Of a stretch of DNA of 64,000 bases, positions 39,831 to 52,339 are shown in pieces; position 1 is the first letter of the stretch; each line of letters begins with the position of its first letter. The position numbers and the translations under genes are program-made. Below the pieces are notes generated by a model. The model did not search any database and was not told the origin of the DNA. It was given only the letters and a program-made list of their open reading frames with translations. Location: contig NW_019028989.1 in assembly GCF_002105155.1 (NCBI RefSeq), positions 434,001 through 498,000 of the forward strand, read 5' to 3'. Source of the DNA: Lobosporangium transversale. Lineage: Eukaryota.

Positions 39831-41848
39831 AAAGTCAATCAACTAGTCCTTACTGACATTATCGTTTTTCTGTATTATTTCGAATATTTCGCGGATCAAT
39901 AGGAACCTTTCAAACTTCCAGGAAATTGTCAATGAGGCCCAGCGAAACGGTAAGTTTGGATTGATATACTTTGTAGCTTGTGATAAGAACCGTCAATTGC
40001 TGCACAATACTCTATTTCTCTCTTTCTCTCTCTCTCTCTCTTTCTTTCTTTTTTGTTTTGTTTTTGCTTTTTGTTTTATTTTATTTTATTTTATTTTATT
40101 TTATCTTTTTTGTTTTCAGTTGGCTTTCCTCCTCTGCCTTTAGGCTTTTGTTGATGCGTGATAGGATACATGGCGCACATGGATAGTGTTTCGAGCATGC
40201 TTTTATCGACGCTAAACAATATCTTTGGATTGTTCAGTTTAAGGGTAGTTCTTTAGTATTGAGTATGATTCATGATATAACAAATACTAACTGCCTATGT
40301 TCCATGTTCTCAATCTTACTCATAGTGAAGTCCATGGGTAAGCCTTTGGTGTAGAAAAAGCAAAAGCGAGAGGGGAAAAAAATAATAATAATACAAAATA
40401 GCCGGATGATATGAACGATAGAAGCCATGGAGTAATATCCATAGTGGACTACGAATTTCTTTAATGGAGCATGCCGTCTGCCCCATGACTTCTGTCCCGC
40501 AGACAGAGCGTTCGTGATACTTGCGATATACTCAGTAATGTTCACGAAGTCAATGCTACGCTATTTTTTTTTTTTTTTTTTTTTTTTTTTCTCTTTTCCA
40601 ATTTTGCTCTGTATTAATTACGAGCAGATCAAACCTTATAATCCAATCATCGATCTATTTATTTTCCTTATTTTTATTAACCTATTTCTTCTTTTTTTCT
40701 TTCTTCTACTCTGATGGGCGCTCTCTCTTTCTTTACTTTTTTTTTTTTTTTTTTTTTTTCTTCTATTATACTCGCTTTGCGACTGATTTGATAGAGCCTT
40801 TTCTGAAAGGCAGTACACCCTCAACAGCATGGGTAATCATGTACAAGTTTTGGACCTTACCATTGACAGTCCGACAACTGGAAAACTTGATTGATCATCC
40901 TCACTCAGTGTAAGGAACCTCCTGCATGTCTTTTATCTCTTATATATCTGGAAAGTTTATGTATTTACTAAAAAGTTAATTGGTCTCCTTAATTCTAATG
41001 TCTTTTTTTATTTTTATTTTTGTTTTTTTATTTTTTAAAAGATATCTGCGTGGAATTGCATTTCTCTATTTGAGATTTGTTTGCAAGCCAGATCAATTGT
41101 GGGATTGGCTTGGGCCTTACCTGGAAGATGATCAAGAGATTACGCTTCAGGGCGGTGTCAAGCCTATTCACTCGTAAGTTTATTATTACTACTATTATTG
41201 TTTTTAATTTTCAATATTGTCTGTTTAGGAGGTCGAATGGCATATACTAAAATTGCCCACTTCATATCAACTTCGGCCATGTTTGTTTATATAGCACGAT
41301 CGGCAAGATGTGTTATATGTTACTGCATGATCAAAAATTTTTGGGACAGATACTGCCGAGAATCCCATCCTTGGTGATGCGTGAGCTGGAAAAGGAGTTG
41401 GAGCCCTATGCTGATGCTGGACGTGCCAAAACGGGCCAGCGTGACCACTTTAAGTATGTCCTTCAATTATGTTGTTGAGTTTGAATACAGTATGAAATAT
41501 CCTAGGATTAGAAACGAAATATTTGCACTTGAATACTCAAATGTTTTTTTTTTTTTTTTTTTTTTTTTCCCTGTTGTTAGGAGAGACAAGTCCGATCGAG
41601 ATCGTGGCTCCGGCAGAGGAGGTAGAGATCGTGATAGAGATGACCATAGCCGTCACTCTTCTAGGTATGATCGTGGTCGTTCTCGATCAAGAGACCGTGG
41701 AGGCCGTCGCCGGCATGATGATGATGATCACCGGTCTTCGCGTCGCCGTAGCCACAGCAGGAGCCGTAGCCGTGATCGTTACCGCCGGGACGATCGTCGG
41801 GATGATTACCGTCATCGCAGCCACAGTCGTAGTCCTTCGAGGCGTTAA
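39654..41848 (+). CDS. PRPF38B: Pre-mRNA splicing factor 38B-like, with RS/RD tail
   Basis: GNQRTMNLNSIIFQNIIDSPY, PSTAWVIMYKFWTL, YLRGIAFLYLRFVCKPDQLWDWLGPYLED, LPRIP and an RS-rich last exon. Includes a 12-nt exon at 40326-40337. Confidence 0.9.
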
Positions 41849-41991
41849 TCAACAGGACAAGAAAACCTTGGCTTATTTGTAGTAGAAATGGTTCTTTTTA
41901 ATGATTTTGTCTTGTTTTTAGACGAGCAGTTTTATTGGTCGTGTTAGTCCTAATAAGCGTATATATGTTTTTTATTTGTGTTTTTGTGACT

Positions 41992-42067
41992 GCGCGTGGT
42001 TCATTAAACGACGCGTCGAAAGATTGTTTTTGTTTGATCTGAGCAAATAGACCATAAACAGTCGCGT
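41992..42067 (+). promoter_or_regulatory. Cluster of MCB-like CGCG elements upstream of POL2
   Basis: GCGCGT at 41992, ACGCGT at 42011 and TCGCGT at 42062, about 200-270 bp before the ATG in AT-rich DNA. Confidence 0.55.
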
Positions 42068-42263
42068 TTTTTCTGTACCTGTGTTTTTCTACAACCCTTT
42101 TTTCGCTGTTGTTTTGACTGTTGCATATTCCTCTCTTCTTTTTCCTCGACAAGCCCATTCTTTTTATCTTTATTTTTATTCTATTTTTTCTTCTTGTAAA
42201 AAGTCCGTAGTTCGGATACAAGACCGGAGGAGAAGGGCTTTTAAATAATAGACAAATAAAAAG

Positions 42264-42968
42264 ATGGGATTTAAAAGAACCACACAAAAGACAACGTTCG
42301 GACTCTTACCGTCCAACCGTGGAGGTGCAGGCCGAGGTAGGGGAGGTCAAAGTCGAGGGGGAGCAAGAAGAGTCTACAGAGCCCCATCAGCACAGTCAAC
42401 ACAGGCACAGGCGCAGGCGTTTGTGCCAACAGGCGATGAGGGTACATTGATGGAGCAGCGGTTCGATGATGTAGCATTGCAGGATGAGATTGATGAAAAA
42501 CTTGGATTTTTGAAATTCCAAGAAGGACCTGAAAAACTTGGATGGCTCATTAATCAACATGCAGTAAGAAGAATTGACCTTTTCTTTTCTTTTGAATTCC
42601 ACCATTAAAAAAAAAAAAGAAAAAGGTAGACCAATGCTGTTTTTTATTGGTGATAACTGATAGTTCTAACTAAGCTATTACCTTTTATTTATTTATTTTT
42701 TTTTTATTGAAACGGTAGACTATTGTAAAAGATGATGACTGGCCAACAGGAAGAGCAGCTATTGACTATTACTTTATTCAAGATGACGGAGAGATGTTTA
42801 AAGTCACTGTCAAGTACAGTCCATACTTTTACATTGCTTCAAAGGTAACAACAAAAAGATCCATCTCTATTTCCGAAAGCATATATACGTTTGGTGATCA
42901 ACTATGATAACAGCAACAAGGATGTTGATCTCTCTCTCTCTTTCTTCCTTTCTTTCTTTTCTTTCTTT

Positions 42969-43001
<33 letters not shown>

Positions 43002-43154
43002 TCTTTATTGCTATTTAATGTCTAACTGTCATCAATGTCAAGGTCGGAATGGAATCAGAAGTCGAGGAATACATTAGAAGGAAATTTGAAAGCGTCGTGG
43101 AAAAAATGGTTCGAGTTCAAAAGGAAGATTTGGACATGGTATGTTACAGCCCCC

Positions 43155-43188
<34 letters not shown>

Positions 43189-44456
43189 GGATGTGTTTCA
43201 TTTTGCAGGAATTATAGGGTCTTGATGTCTAACCCGATCGATTCTACACACACAAACACAAACTTCCTCCCCCCCCCCACCTCCATATCCTATTATGACT
43301 TATTAGCCAAATCATCTTTGCGGGAACACTCGTACATTCATCAAACTTGTATTCAGGAATGTTCGTGATCTGTTGTCAGTGCGCAAGGTTTTGCTCCCGG
43401 CTGCCAAAGAAAATCAGTCAAAGATGTCAGTGCTGGATACATATGCTGAGGTCGTGAGCGCGACGATGGATATGGGACTGGATATGGATGAACCTATAAC
43501 GGCTTCGAAAGCAGGAGGAGGCGATGGATTGGAACATATTGTTGATATTCGAGAGTATGATGTTCCATATACCATTCGAGTGGCCATTGACAAAGGTATG
43601 CTTTTAAAAAAGAAAAAAGAAAAAAAAAAAAAAAAAATAGGTTGAAGATCAACTTGATTTAACACTACCCTATCCTTGTTGCAAAAAATAAAAAAAATAA
43701 AAAAAAACAACTATCTAAATCTTTTTTTTTTTTTTTTTTTAGATATCCGTATTGGTCTTTGGTACAACGTACGAGTTACACCCACAGATGTAGAGATCAA
43801 ACGACAATTGGACAGAGTGGCACGTGCGGAACCTGTTGTAATGGCGTTCGATATCGAGACTACAAAACTACCGCTCAAATTCCCCGACGCTACTATTGAC
43901 TCTGTGATGATGATTTCGTATATGATTGATGGTCAGGTATGGAGGAGTATATTGCCAAATCATGTTTCTTTCTTTCGATAAAGGGAAAAAAAAGTTACAA
44001 GTCAACTAAATATCAATTGTTTTTTTTTTTTTTTTTTTTTTTTTTTCTTAAAAAAAAAAAAGGGTTTCTTGATCACCAACCGTGAGATTGTTTCCAAGGA
44101 CATTGATGATTTTGAATATACCCCCAAGCCAGAATATGAAGGCTTGTTTACAATCTTCAATGAACCCAATGAGGTACTCAATATGTTTAATCTGCACAAC
44201 GGATAGGGGCGACATGCACAGGGAATTGACGAAACGAATGACCTCTGACTATAAGATTCTATTACCTTAATTATATATATTCAAATTAACAGGAGGAATG
44301 TCTACGTCGATTTTTCCATCATTTACAAGAAGCAAAGCCTACGGTGGTCGTCACCTATAACGGAGACTTTTTCGATTGGCCATTCGTAGAAGCAAGAGCA
44401 AAAGTTCATGGAATTGATATGTTCCATGTAAGTCAGGTCACTTTTCGGGTTTAAGG

Positions 44457-44492
<36 letters not shown>

Positions 44493-44937
44493 GATATCTG
44501 AGAGCTCAATTGCTTTGAGAATGCTCGATTAACACATATACATGATCGATTCGACCATAACCATAACAGGAAGTTGGCTTCAAAAAAGACTCGGAGGATG
44601 AATACAAATCCAATACTGCCGTACACATGGACGCACTTCGTTGGGTGAAGCGTGATTCATATTTGCCGATGGGAAGTCAAGGTCTTAAGGCTGTCACGAA
44701 GGCAAAGCTTGGATATAATCCTATGGAGCTCGATCCGGAAGATATGACACGGTTTGCGAACGAACGACCTCAGACACTCGCACAGTATTCAGTCTCCGAT
44801 GCTGTCGCCACATATTATCTTTATATGAAATATGTTCATCCTTTTATTTTCTCGCTTTGCAACATCATTCCTATGAATCCAGATGAGGTTCTTAGAAAGG
44901 GTTCTGGAACTCTTTGTGAAACACTGTTGATGGTGAG

Positions 44938-44994
<57 letters not shown>

Positions 44995-47900
44995 AAAATC
45001 TAGTCGTAGGATGATGAATGATGATTTTTTTTTTTTTTAACCTTTTGAAAATGGATATTCTGAATAGGTCGAAGCTTACCAAGGCAATATTATTATACCG
45101 AACAAACATGTGGATCCATTCATTAAAATGTATGATGGTCATTTGTTGGAGAGCGAGACATATGTCGGAGGGCACGTAGAGGCTTTAAAGGCAGGCGTTT
45201 ATAGGAGCGATATCCCAAATCAATTCAGTATTGTTCCAGAGACGGCCCAGCAACTGATTGACGATCTGGACGCAGCCCTAAAGTTCAGTATCGAAGTCGA
45301 AGGTCATCTCAAGATGGAAGATATCCTAAACTATGAAGAGGTATTCTATATATTCTTTACACAAATCGGTTTTTGCACGGATAGCTTTTTATCATATCAT
45401 CATCATCATCATCATCATTTTATTCTTATTCTTATTCTTATTTTAATCTGAAAGTGTGCTTTCTAATAATTTCTCTTCTTCTGTTTCCTTTCCCTTTATC
45501 CTACATATATTTATCTCCTATAGGTAAAGGCTGCCATTGCAGGACCTCTAATGGATCTGCGGGATCGTCCAAACCGGACAGAGAATCCGAGTATCTATCA
45601 TTTGGATGTCGCTGCTATGTATCCCAATATTATTCTCACTAATCGACTACAACCAGATTCGATCATCGAAGAATCTACATGTGCCTCATGCGACTTCAAC
45701 AGAGTTGGAAAGAACTGTGACCGACGGATGACATGGTCATGGCGCGGAGAATATTTTCCGGCCAAGAAAAGCGAATACAACATGATCAGGAATCAACTGG
45801 AATCAGAGCGGTTTCCTGGAATAAAACCCTGGGATGAACCACGCGCTTTTCACAGTTTACCAGGAGCAGAACAAGCGGCACTCATCACTAAACGTATCAC
45901 AGAGTACTCAAGAAAAGTTTATCGCAAGACACATGAGACCAAAGTGATGGAGCGAGAGGCTATCGTGTGTCAGAGAGAGAATCCATTCTATGTCGACACT
46001 GTCAAGGCGTTCCGTGATCGTCGCTATGAATACAAGGGCTTGCACAAAACCTGGAAAGGGAACGTAGATAAGGCTCAAGCCTCTGGAGATCTTGTCGAGA
46101 TTGAGAATGCGAAAAAGATGGTCGTCCTGTACGACTCGCTTCAACTGGCTCACAAGTGTATTCTCAACTCCTTTTATGGATATGTCATGCGTAAGGGAGC
46201 ACGATGGTACTCGATGGAGATGGCCGGTATTGTCTGTTTGACTGGCGCAAGGATCATTCAACTGGCACGCAAACTCGTGGAGCAGATGGGTCAGCCCCTG
46301 GAATTGGATACGGATGGTATCTGGTGTATCTTCCCACAGACCTTTCCCGAGAACTTTACCTTCAAACTTAAAAATGGAAAGAAATTTCCTATTTCTTATC
46401 CATGTACCATGCTGAATCATCTAGTTCATGACAAGTTCACGAACCATCAGTACCAGATCCTAAAAAACCCTGATGAGCACGAGTACGAGACAATTGAGGA
46501 GAACAGCATCTTCTTTGAAGTTGATGGACCCTACCATGCCATGATTCTACCATCTTCCAAGGAGGAGGACAAGCTTTTAAAGAAGCGTTATGCTGTATTC
46601 AACCATGATGGCTCCATTGCCGAACTTAAGGGATTTGAGGTGAAGCGTCGTGGTGAGCTCAAAATGATCAAGGATTTCCAGTCGCAACTCTTCAGGGTCT
46701 TTTTGGAGGGCTCCAATCTTGAGGAATGTTATGCAGCTGTAGCCAGAGTCGCCAATCAGTGGCTGGACGTACTTTATAGTAAAGCTGTTGATCTGGAAGA
46801 GAATGAACTTTTCGACCTCATTTCAGAGAACAGAAATATGTCAAAGTCACTGGAAGACTATGGTGCTCAGAAATCAACCGCCATCAGTACTGCAAGGCGT
46901 CTCGGCGAGTTCTTGGGAGATCAGATGGTCAAGGATAAGGGATTGAACTGTAAATTCATCATTGCAGCCCAGCCAGCGGGTAGTCCCGTCACCGAGAGAG
47001 CCATTCCAGTCGCCATTTTTTCTGCGGAACCGGCGGTCATGAAGTTCTACCTACGAAAATGGCTTCGCGATAATAGTTTACAGGACTTTGATATTCGATC
47101 CATTCTTGATTGGCAATATTACCTGGAGCGATTCGGAGGCGTTATCCAGAAGCTGATCACCATTCCTGCAGCAATGCAAAAGATCCCGAATCCAGTCCCT
47201 CGAGTTCGACATCCTGACTGGCTCTTCAAGCGTGTCATGGCGTTGGACGACAAGTTTAAGCAGCATCGCATCACAGATGCCTTCAAGCCTGCGGAGAAAA
47301 GACCGTTTGCAGGCGATAATGTCACAGATATGGAGGACCTAATATCATCTGGTCGTCTATCTGGAGCACCTACAACGCCAGTGGTTCACAAAATGAATGG
47401 AAAAGCTGGAAAGGGTAAAGAGAAAAAGACACAACAACAATTACAACATCAAAATACGGAAAAGACGATCGAAGAAAAAATACTCGAGCTCGAATTACCC
47501 AAGGAGATGCCCGACATGATGACAGATTACCATGGATTTTTGGCATACCAAAAGATTAAATGGAAGCGGCAGAGGCTTGAAAGAGCTCAACGCAAGGCCC
47601 TTGGTCAATCTCGGGCAAAGGGCGATGGCTTCCTTTCAGGATTCATTAATCAACAGTCGACCAACATTTTAACAAAGATGTGGCAAATTATTCAGATTGT
47701 CGAAACCGATATCCCAGGCGAGTTCAGGCTCTGGGTATTGATCGATAAAAATCTACACTCTATCAGACTTTCTATTCCTCGTATCTTTTATGTCAACAGC
47801 CGAGTAGAGGACAGCAATAGTGAAGCGAGAATGTTCCCGAAGCAGAAGCTGGTCCGGACATTACCAAGAGCTCACCCTTGTTTACATTTGTATCAGTTTA

Positions 47901-50497
47901 CAATGCCAGAAAGTTTGTATCAACGAGAATCCAAGAATTTGTCAAGTTTCTTTAGTCATCCGGATGTGGAAGGCGTGTACGAGACTCAGCTTCCGCTCCT
48001 CTACCGTGCCATTATCAATTTAAGCTGTGTTTGTTCGGTTGGCGGCCGATCAGTGCGAGCGCTAGACGAAGGGTTTGAGTTGGCAGATCTCAAGCCAGAA
48101 AATATGGACAAGATGCCATATCTACAGGACGATCAGGCGCTCAACTATCTGTATTTGTATCATGCAACAACGGACACACGACATTTGTTTGCGCTCTTTG
48201 CGTCTACTCACAGTAAGGTCTATGTCTTTGTGGTGGATGCACCAGGTCAGCGTGGACAAATGCCCAACATGGCGAGAACCTATGAAGCTGTCAAAGCGGA
48301 GATTGACCGTATGCCAGCTGAGACTCGGAGGACTAACAAAGTATGGCAGTACTTTCAAGAGCTTCAGTTTGATATCAATTATGTCACGAATGAAAAGGAG
48401 GCATTCCGAGAAGTGGCAAAGTGTTTGAGCAAGTACCAGGATGAACGTCGTGGAGCAACAGCCGTGATCTTGCATTCACCCAGGGCGAAACAAAAACTGA
48501 TTGATAATATGAGTATCCTCAGAGACTTCCCTCTGATTTCGATGCCGTGCTCCAAAAGTACAAAGCCTTTCCAGGCCCTGGCATGGCAGAGCAATGCAAC
48601 TAAGCGAATGCTGGCACAATTCTTGACAGTTGGAGGGTGGATGACAGAGCAGATTGCACTGGCGCGTTATGCAGATGTACCTGTATGTAACATTGAGCAG
48701 GATTCGCCAATCTTTGTGACGGATGTGTTACTGGCACGTCAGCTGGTGCGTCATGATATGCTACTGTGGTGGTCTCCTTCCAGTAAACCTGACCTTGGAG
48801 GGCGTGAGGATGACGAGAATGTGTCCGGTACAGAGGATTTGCAAGATCCAAACATTAATGTGCCAGGCCACTACGAGACTGTCTGCTTGGAGATGGATAT
48901 GCTGCATTTGGCAGTCAATACATTGTTGCAATCAAGTCAAATCAATGAACTCGAAGGTGGAACCGATACTACGCTCGACGCATCACATACCTTGGATGAT
49001 TATAGCGCAGGCAAGGTTTCGAATGTGATTTCATTTGGCACAGGAACTGCATCATCACAAGCATTTGCGATTATCAGGCACATGGTTCGAGGCTGGGCAG
49101 TCGATCTGGCAGAAACACGTAATATGTTTTCAGAGAGTATGGTGGGACATTTTCATCGATGGCTGACCAGCCCTAGTTCCAAGTTGTATGATCCTTGTAT
49201 GTATGCGCTTGTTCATGGTCTGATGAAGAAGGTGTTCTTCCAGGTTGTGGCGGAATTTAAGAGACTTGGATCAAGGGTGATCTTGGGCAACTTTAACAAG
49301 TTGATCATTGTGACGACCAAGGCCTCGGTTGGAAATGCATATGCATATTGCAGCTGGATTGTTCGGCATATTCAATCCAAACCGTTGTTTATGACCATTG
49401 ACTTGATTCCAGTCACATATTGGGAACAATTACTCTGGATGGATTCTGCCAACTTTGGAGGGATTGTTTGTCCTAATCCGCATGAAGTTCAAGAACAAGA
49501 CCAGCCTACGTTGTTGACACAAGTCAGTCGCGATATTGATATGCAATGGAATATCCAGCAATATCTGCCCATAGCTTTACATCCAGAGTTTATTGCAACC
49601 GTAGGAGAGTTTATAGATCAGGTGTACAAGTTCCGACATCAAAAGCAGCTTGCGAAGCCTAAGCTTACCAATGGAAATACGGAGAATGACGATGGAGATT
49701 ATGAGGAAAATACTACAGCAGTCCTCACTTCTGCAGCAGCGACCAAAGCTGACAAGAAGAATGTTGAAGTGGTAGCATTTAAAAAGAAGTTGGTCTCACA
49801 ACACTTAACGCGTCGACTCCTCAAGGTGTTCCCCGAGATTTTGATGAAGAAGAGAGAATCACTCAAGGATCCTCAATTGGCATTTACCTTTGCGTTCCCT
49901 CGTCAACCTGGATCCTATTTAGAGATGACGAATGCTCCCTTGGAGTTGATCAAATCTATGACAGCGGTTCTGGGAATCGATACATCGATTGAACGTGAGG
50001 TCCGGGTGTTACGTAAGAACTTGTTGGATTTGATCGAGATCCGCGAATTCTCACCCGAGTCCATTTTCCAGAATCCCTGTGAAAGCTTTGTGTTACGGGG
50101 CGTGATTTGTTCGTATTGTAGTTACTGTCAAGATTTGGACTTTTGTCGTGATCCTCGACTCTTACCACGGATTAAGAAGGATACAGGAGAGGTAGTGCTG
50201 AGTGCATGGAAGTGTCGAGAGTGTAAGGAAGAATATGATCGGGATGCGATTGAAGAATCGATGGTGGTGATTGTGGAACGGATGACGGCTCAATATCAAG
50301 CACAGGATCTGAAGTGTCTGAAATGTCGTCGAGTGAAGGTGGATTTCTTGAGCGAATGGTGTGAATGCTCAGGCGAGTTTGTGACAGCGATGAGCCGTGC
50401 AGAGTATTTGCGAAAGATGAAGGTGTTTGACAACATTGCAGAGTTTTATGGTCTTCCTTTGTTAAGGGAGGTCATCTCTTGGACACTTTCTAAATAA
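42264..50497 (+). CDS. POL2: DNA polymerase epsilon catalytic subunit (multi-exon)
   Basis: Exonuclease motifs [14 protein letters not shown] and [10 protein letters not shown]. Polymerase motifs [21 protein letters not shown] and ELDTDG. CysX motif CASC..C and two C-terminal Cys4 clusters. Confidence 0.98.
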
Positions 50498-50742
50498 CAT
50501 ATCATACATACATATCCCCACATATTCCATCTCCATCCCATCCCATCGACAAGATATACGACATGGCGACATAGTATATATTTTCTTACTTATCAGTTAA
50601 TTAATGTTATTTTTTATATTTTTATTTTCACGAATACTCTCGCTCATTCATATTCACCCATTCTGGTTCACTTACTCCATATCATTTAATAAATCGCAAT
50701 ATTTGTAAAATGCTTTCAACTGCCTGATACATCTGATATCCC

Positions 50743-52000
50743 TTAGGAATCCGAATCAGAATGATTGGAGAGACTGTATTCAAGATTATCTTCATCATCA
50801 TCGTCGCCTACCTCATCATTCTCATAAACAATATTATCTTCCGTGTAAGGGATGAAGCGATGCTTGCACTTCTCAAAAGTCATTATCATCCTAATAGCGT
50901 CGAAGATCGACTCTGTAGATCCCCCTTCGCAGCAGTCCATAGTGAGATAATTGAGGATTCTGACATCCTTTTGCTTGCTAGTCCCTTCTTCGTCCCTACC
51001 GTATTCCTTGATAAGTTCATCTTGAAACTAAAAGGCTTTGTCTTCTCTTGACTCTATTCCAAGATCGAGCAAACGATCCCTTTGCTCAAAGGTCAAGATA
51101 GGGAAACCTAGCAATGCAGCTGCGGACCTAGGCTGGAGTCATAGATCCTCAAACATGAGTGCTCTGCATTGGGTCGCAAACCAGCAGCTGATTCATTTCT
51201 TATCCTTATATGCGCCACGAATTCGAACATGACATTGCCATAAAGTGTCTTGAACGGCCTTATGACACCCGCATCCAAAGGCTGTCTCACTGAGGTTGCT
51301 TTTGGAAGGAGTTGAATAATCTCGATATTCTCCAGTTCAAAGGTCTCATGATCCCTGTGTGTGTGCTGGCGCATTGCCGATTAGAAGCACGATATGACGA
51401 TCCTGCTTCTGCATGTCGCCATCTAACTGCCATAGCCGTTGAGCGAGAACAGGTAGTCCCCCGTACCTTTCTTTGGCAGGAAATCTACGTCGATGGACCT
51501 GAGGATATCCTTGGCCAAGTCCAATGGACGATGCATGCCCAGATATTAACGTTAATGATTGGACTAACAGACCCCTTTGAAGTGAAGTGAAGGATAAGCT
51601 GGATGGACAGATTAAGAGATTAAATTCCATACCCAGTACTAAGGGCTTACGCATAACAGGTCCTGTTGCATTGCTGCAGAACAAGGCTAAGGCTCGGACC
51701 GACCGAATAATATTCTTTCCACAAACAGGCGCGGCCTTAGATACCTTGTAGGACATTGCTGTGAGGAAAAGACCTGTCTCATCAACAGTTATAGATGTCA
51801 TCAAGCTTAGAAATTGATAAGCTTGGCTTTGATCGCCTCGATATGGTCATTCACAACTTCCAAGTCCACAGGCTCGCTTTCAATCCTATCCACAGATCCA
51901 CTTTCAACTGTATCCAGTTAAAGATTTTAGGCCCTTTCTTTTCTTGAAGTTGCTAAGCCATCCTTTAGAAAAATAACATAGTTTGAGTGCTTGACCTGAA
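50743..52000 (-). pseudogene. Decayed pogo/Tigger (CENP-B-like, DDE_1) transposase
   Basis: Frameshifted fragments FSKGWLSNFKKRKG (~51930-51972), DETGLF, HIVLLIGNAPAH and LPKATSVRQPLDAGVIRPFKTLY, plus an acidic tail. No TIRs were recognised. Confidence 0.85.
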
Positions 52001-52339
52001 AGGAAGAAAGGTGTCATTTCAGTTCAAATTGTTACAGCTGTCCCTCGTATGGGATTATCGGCTACATTGAGATCCATCAAAACACATTAGGTTATAATGG
52101 GGGGGTTTTTTTTTCTTTTTTCCTTTTTATTTTTCCTTGTATTGGTAGAGGGAGATATTGACAGCTTATCGAGGATGCTGTTTTTCTTTTGGATATTGCC
52201 ATTCGCCCGTTTTTGCCATAGGCGTCGCTTCTCATTAGATAGATACACATGGTGTATGCCAGACCTCGTAACACCAAGATCTACTTGATGGCTAATACCA
52301 TTTTATGTCAATAAGGTAGAAAGAAAAAGTGCTAAAGAA

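Noticed and set aside
45551..50497. Intein or unusual insertion in the large POL2 exon
   Set aside because: The sequence follows the normal Pol2 domain order with no splicing motifs.
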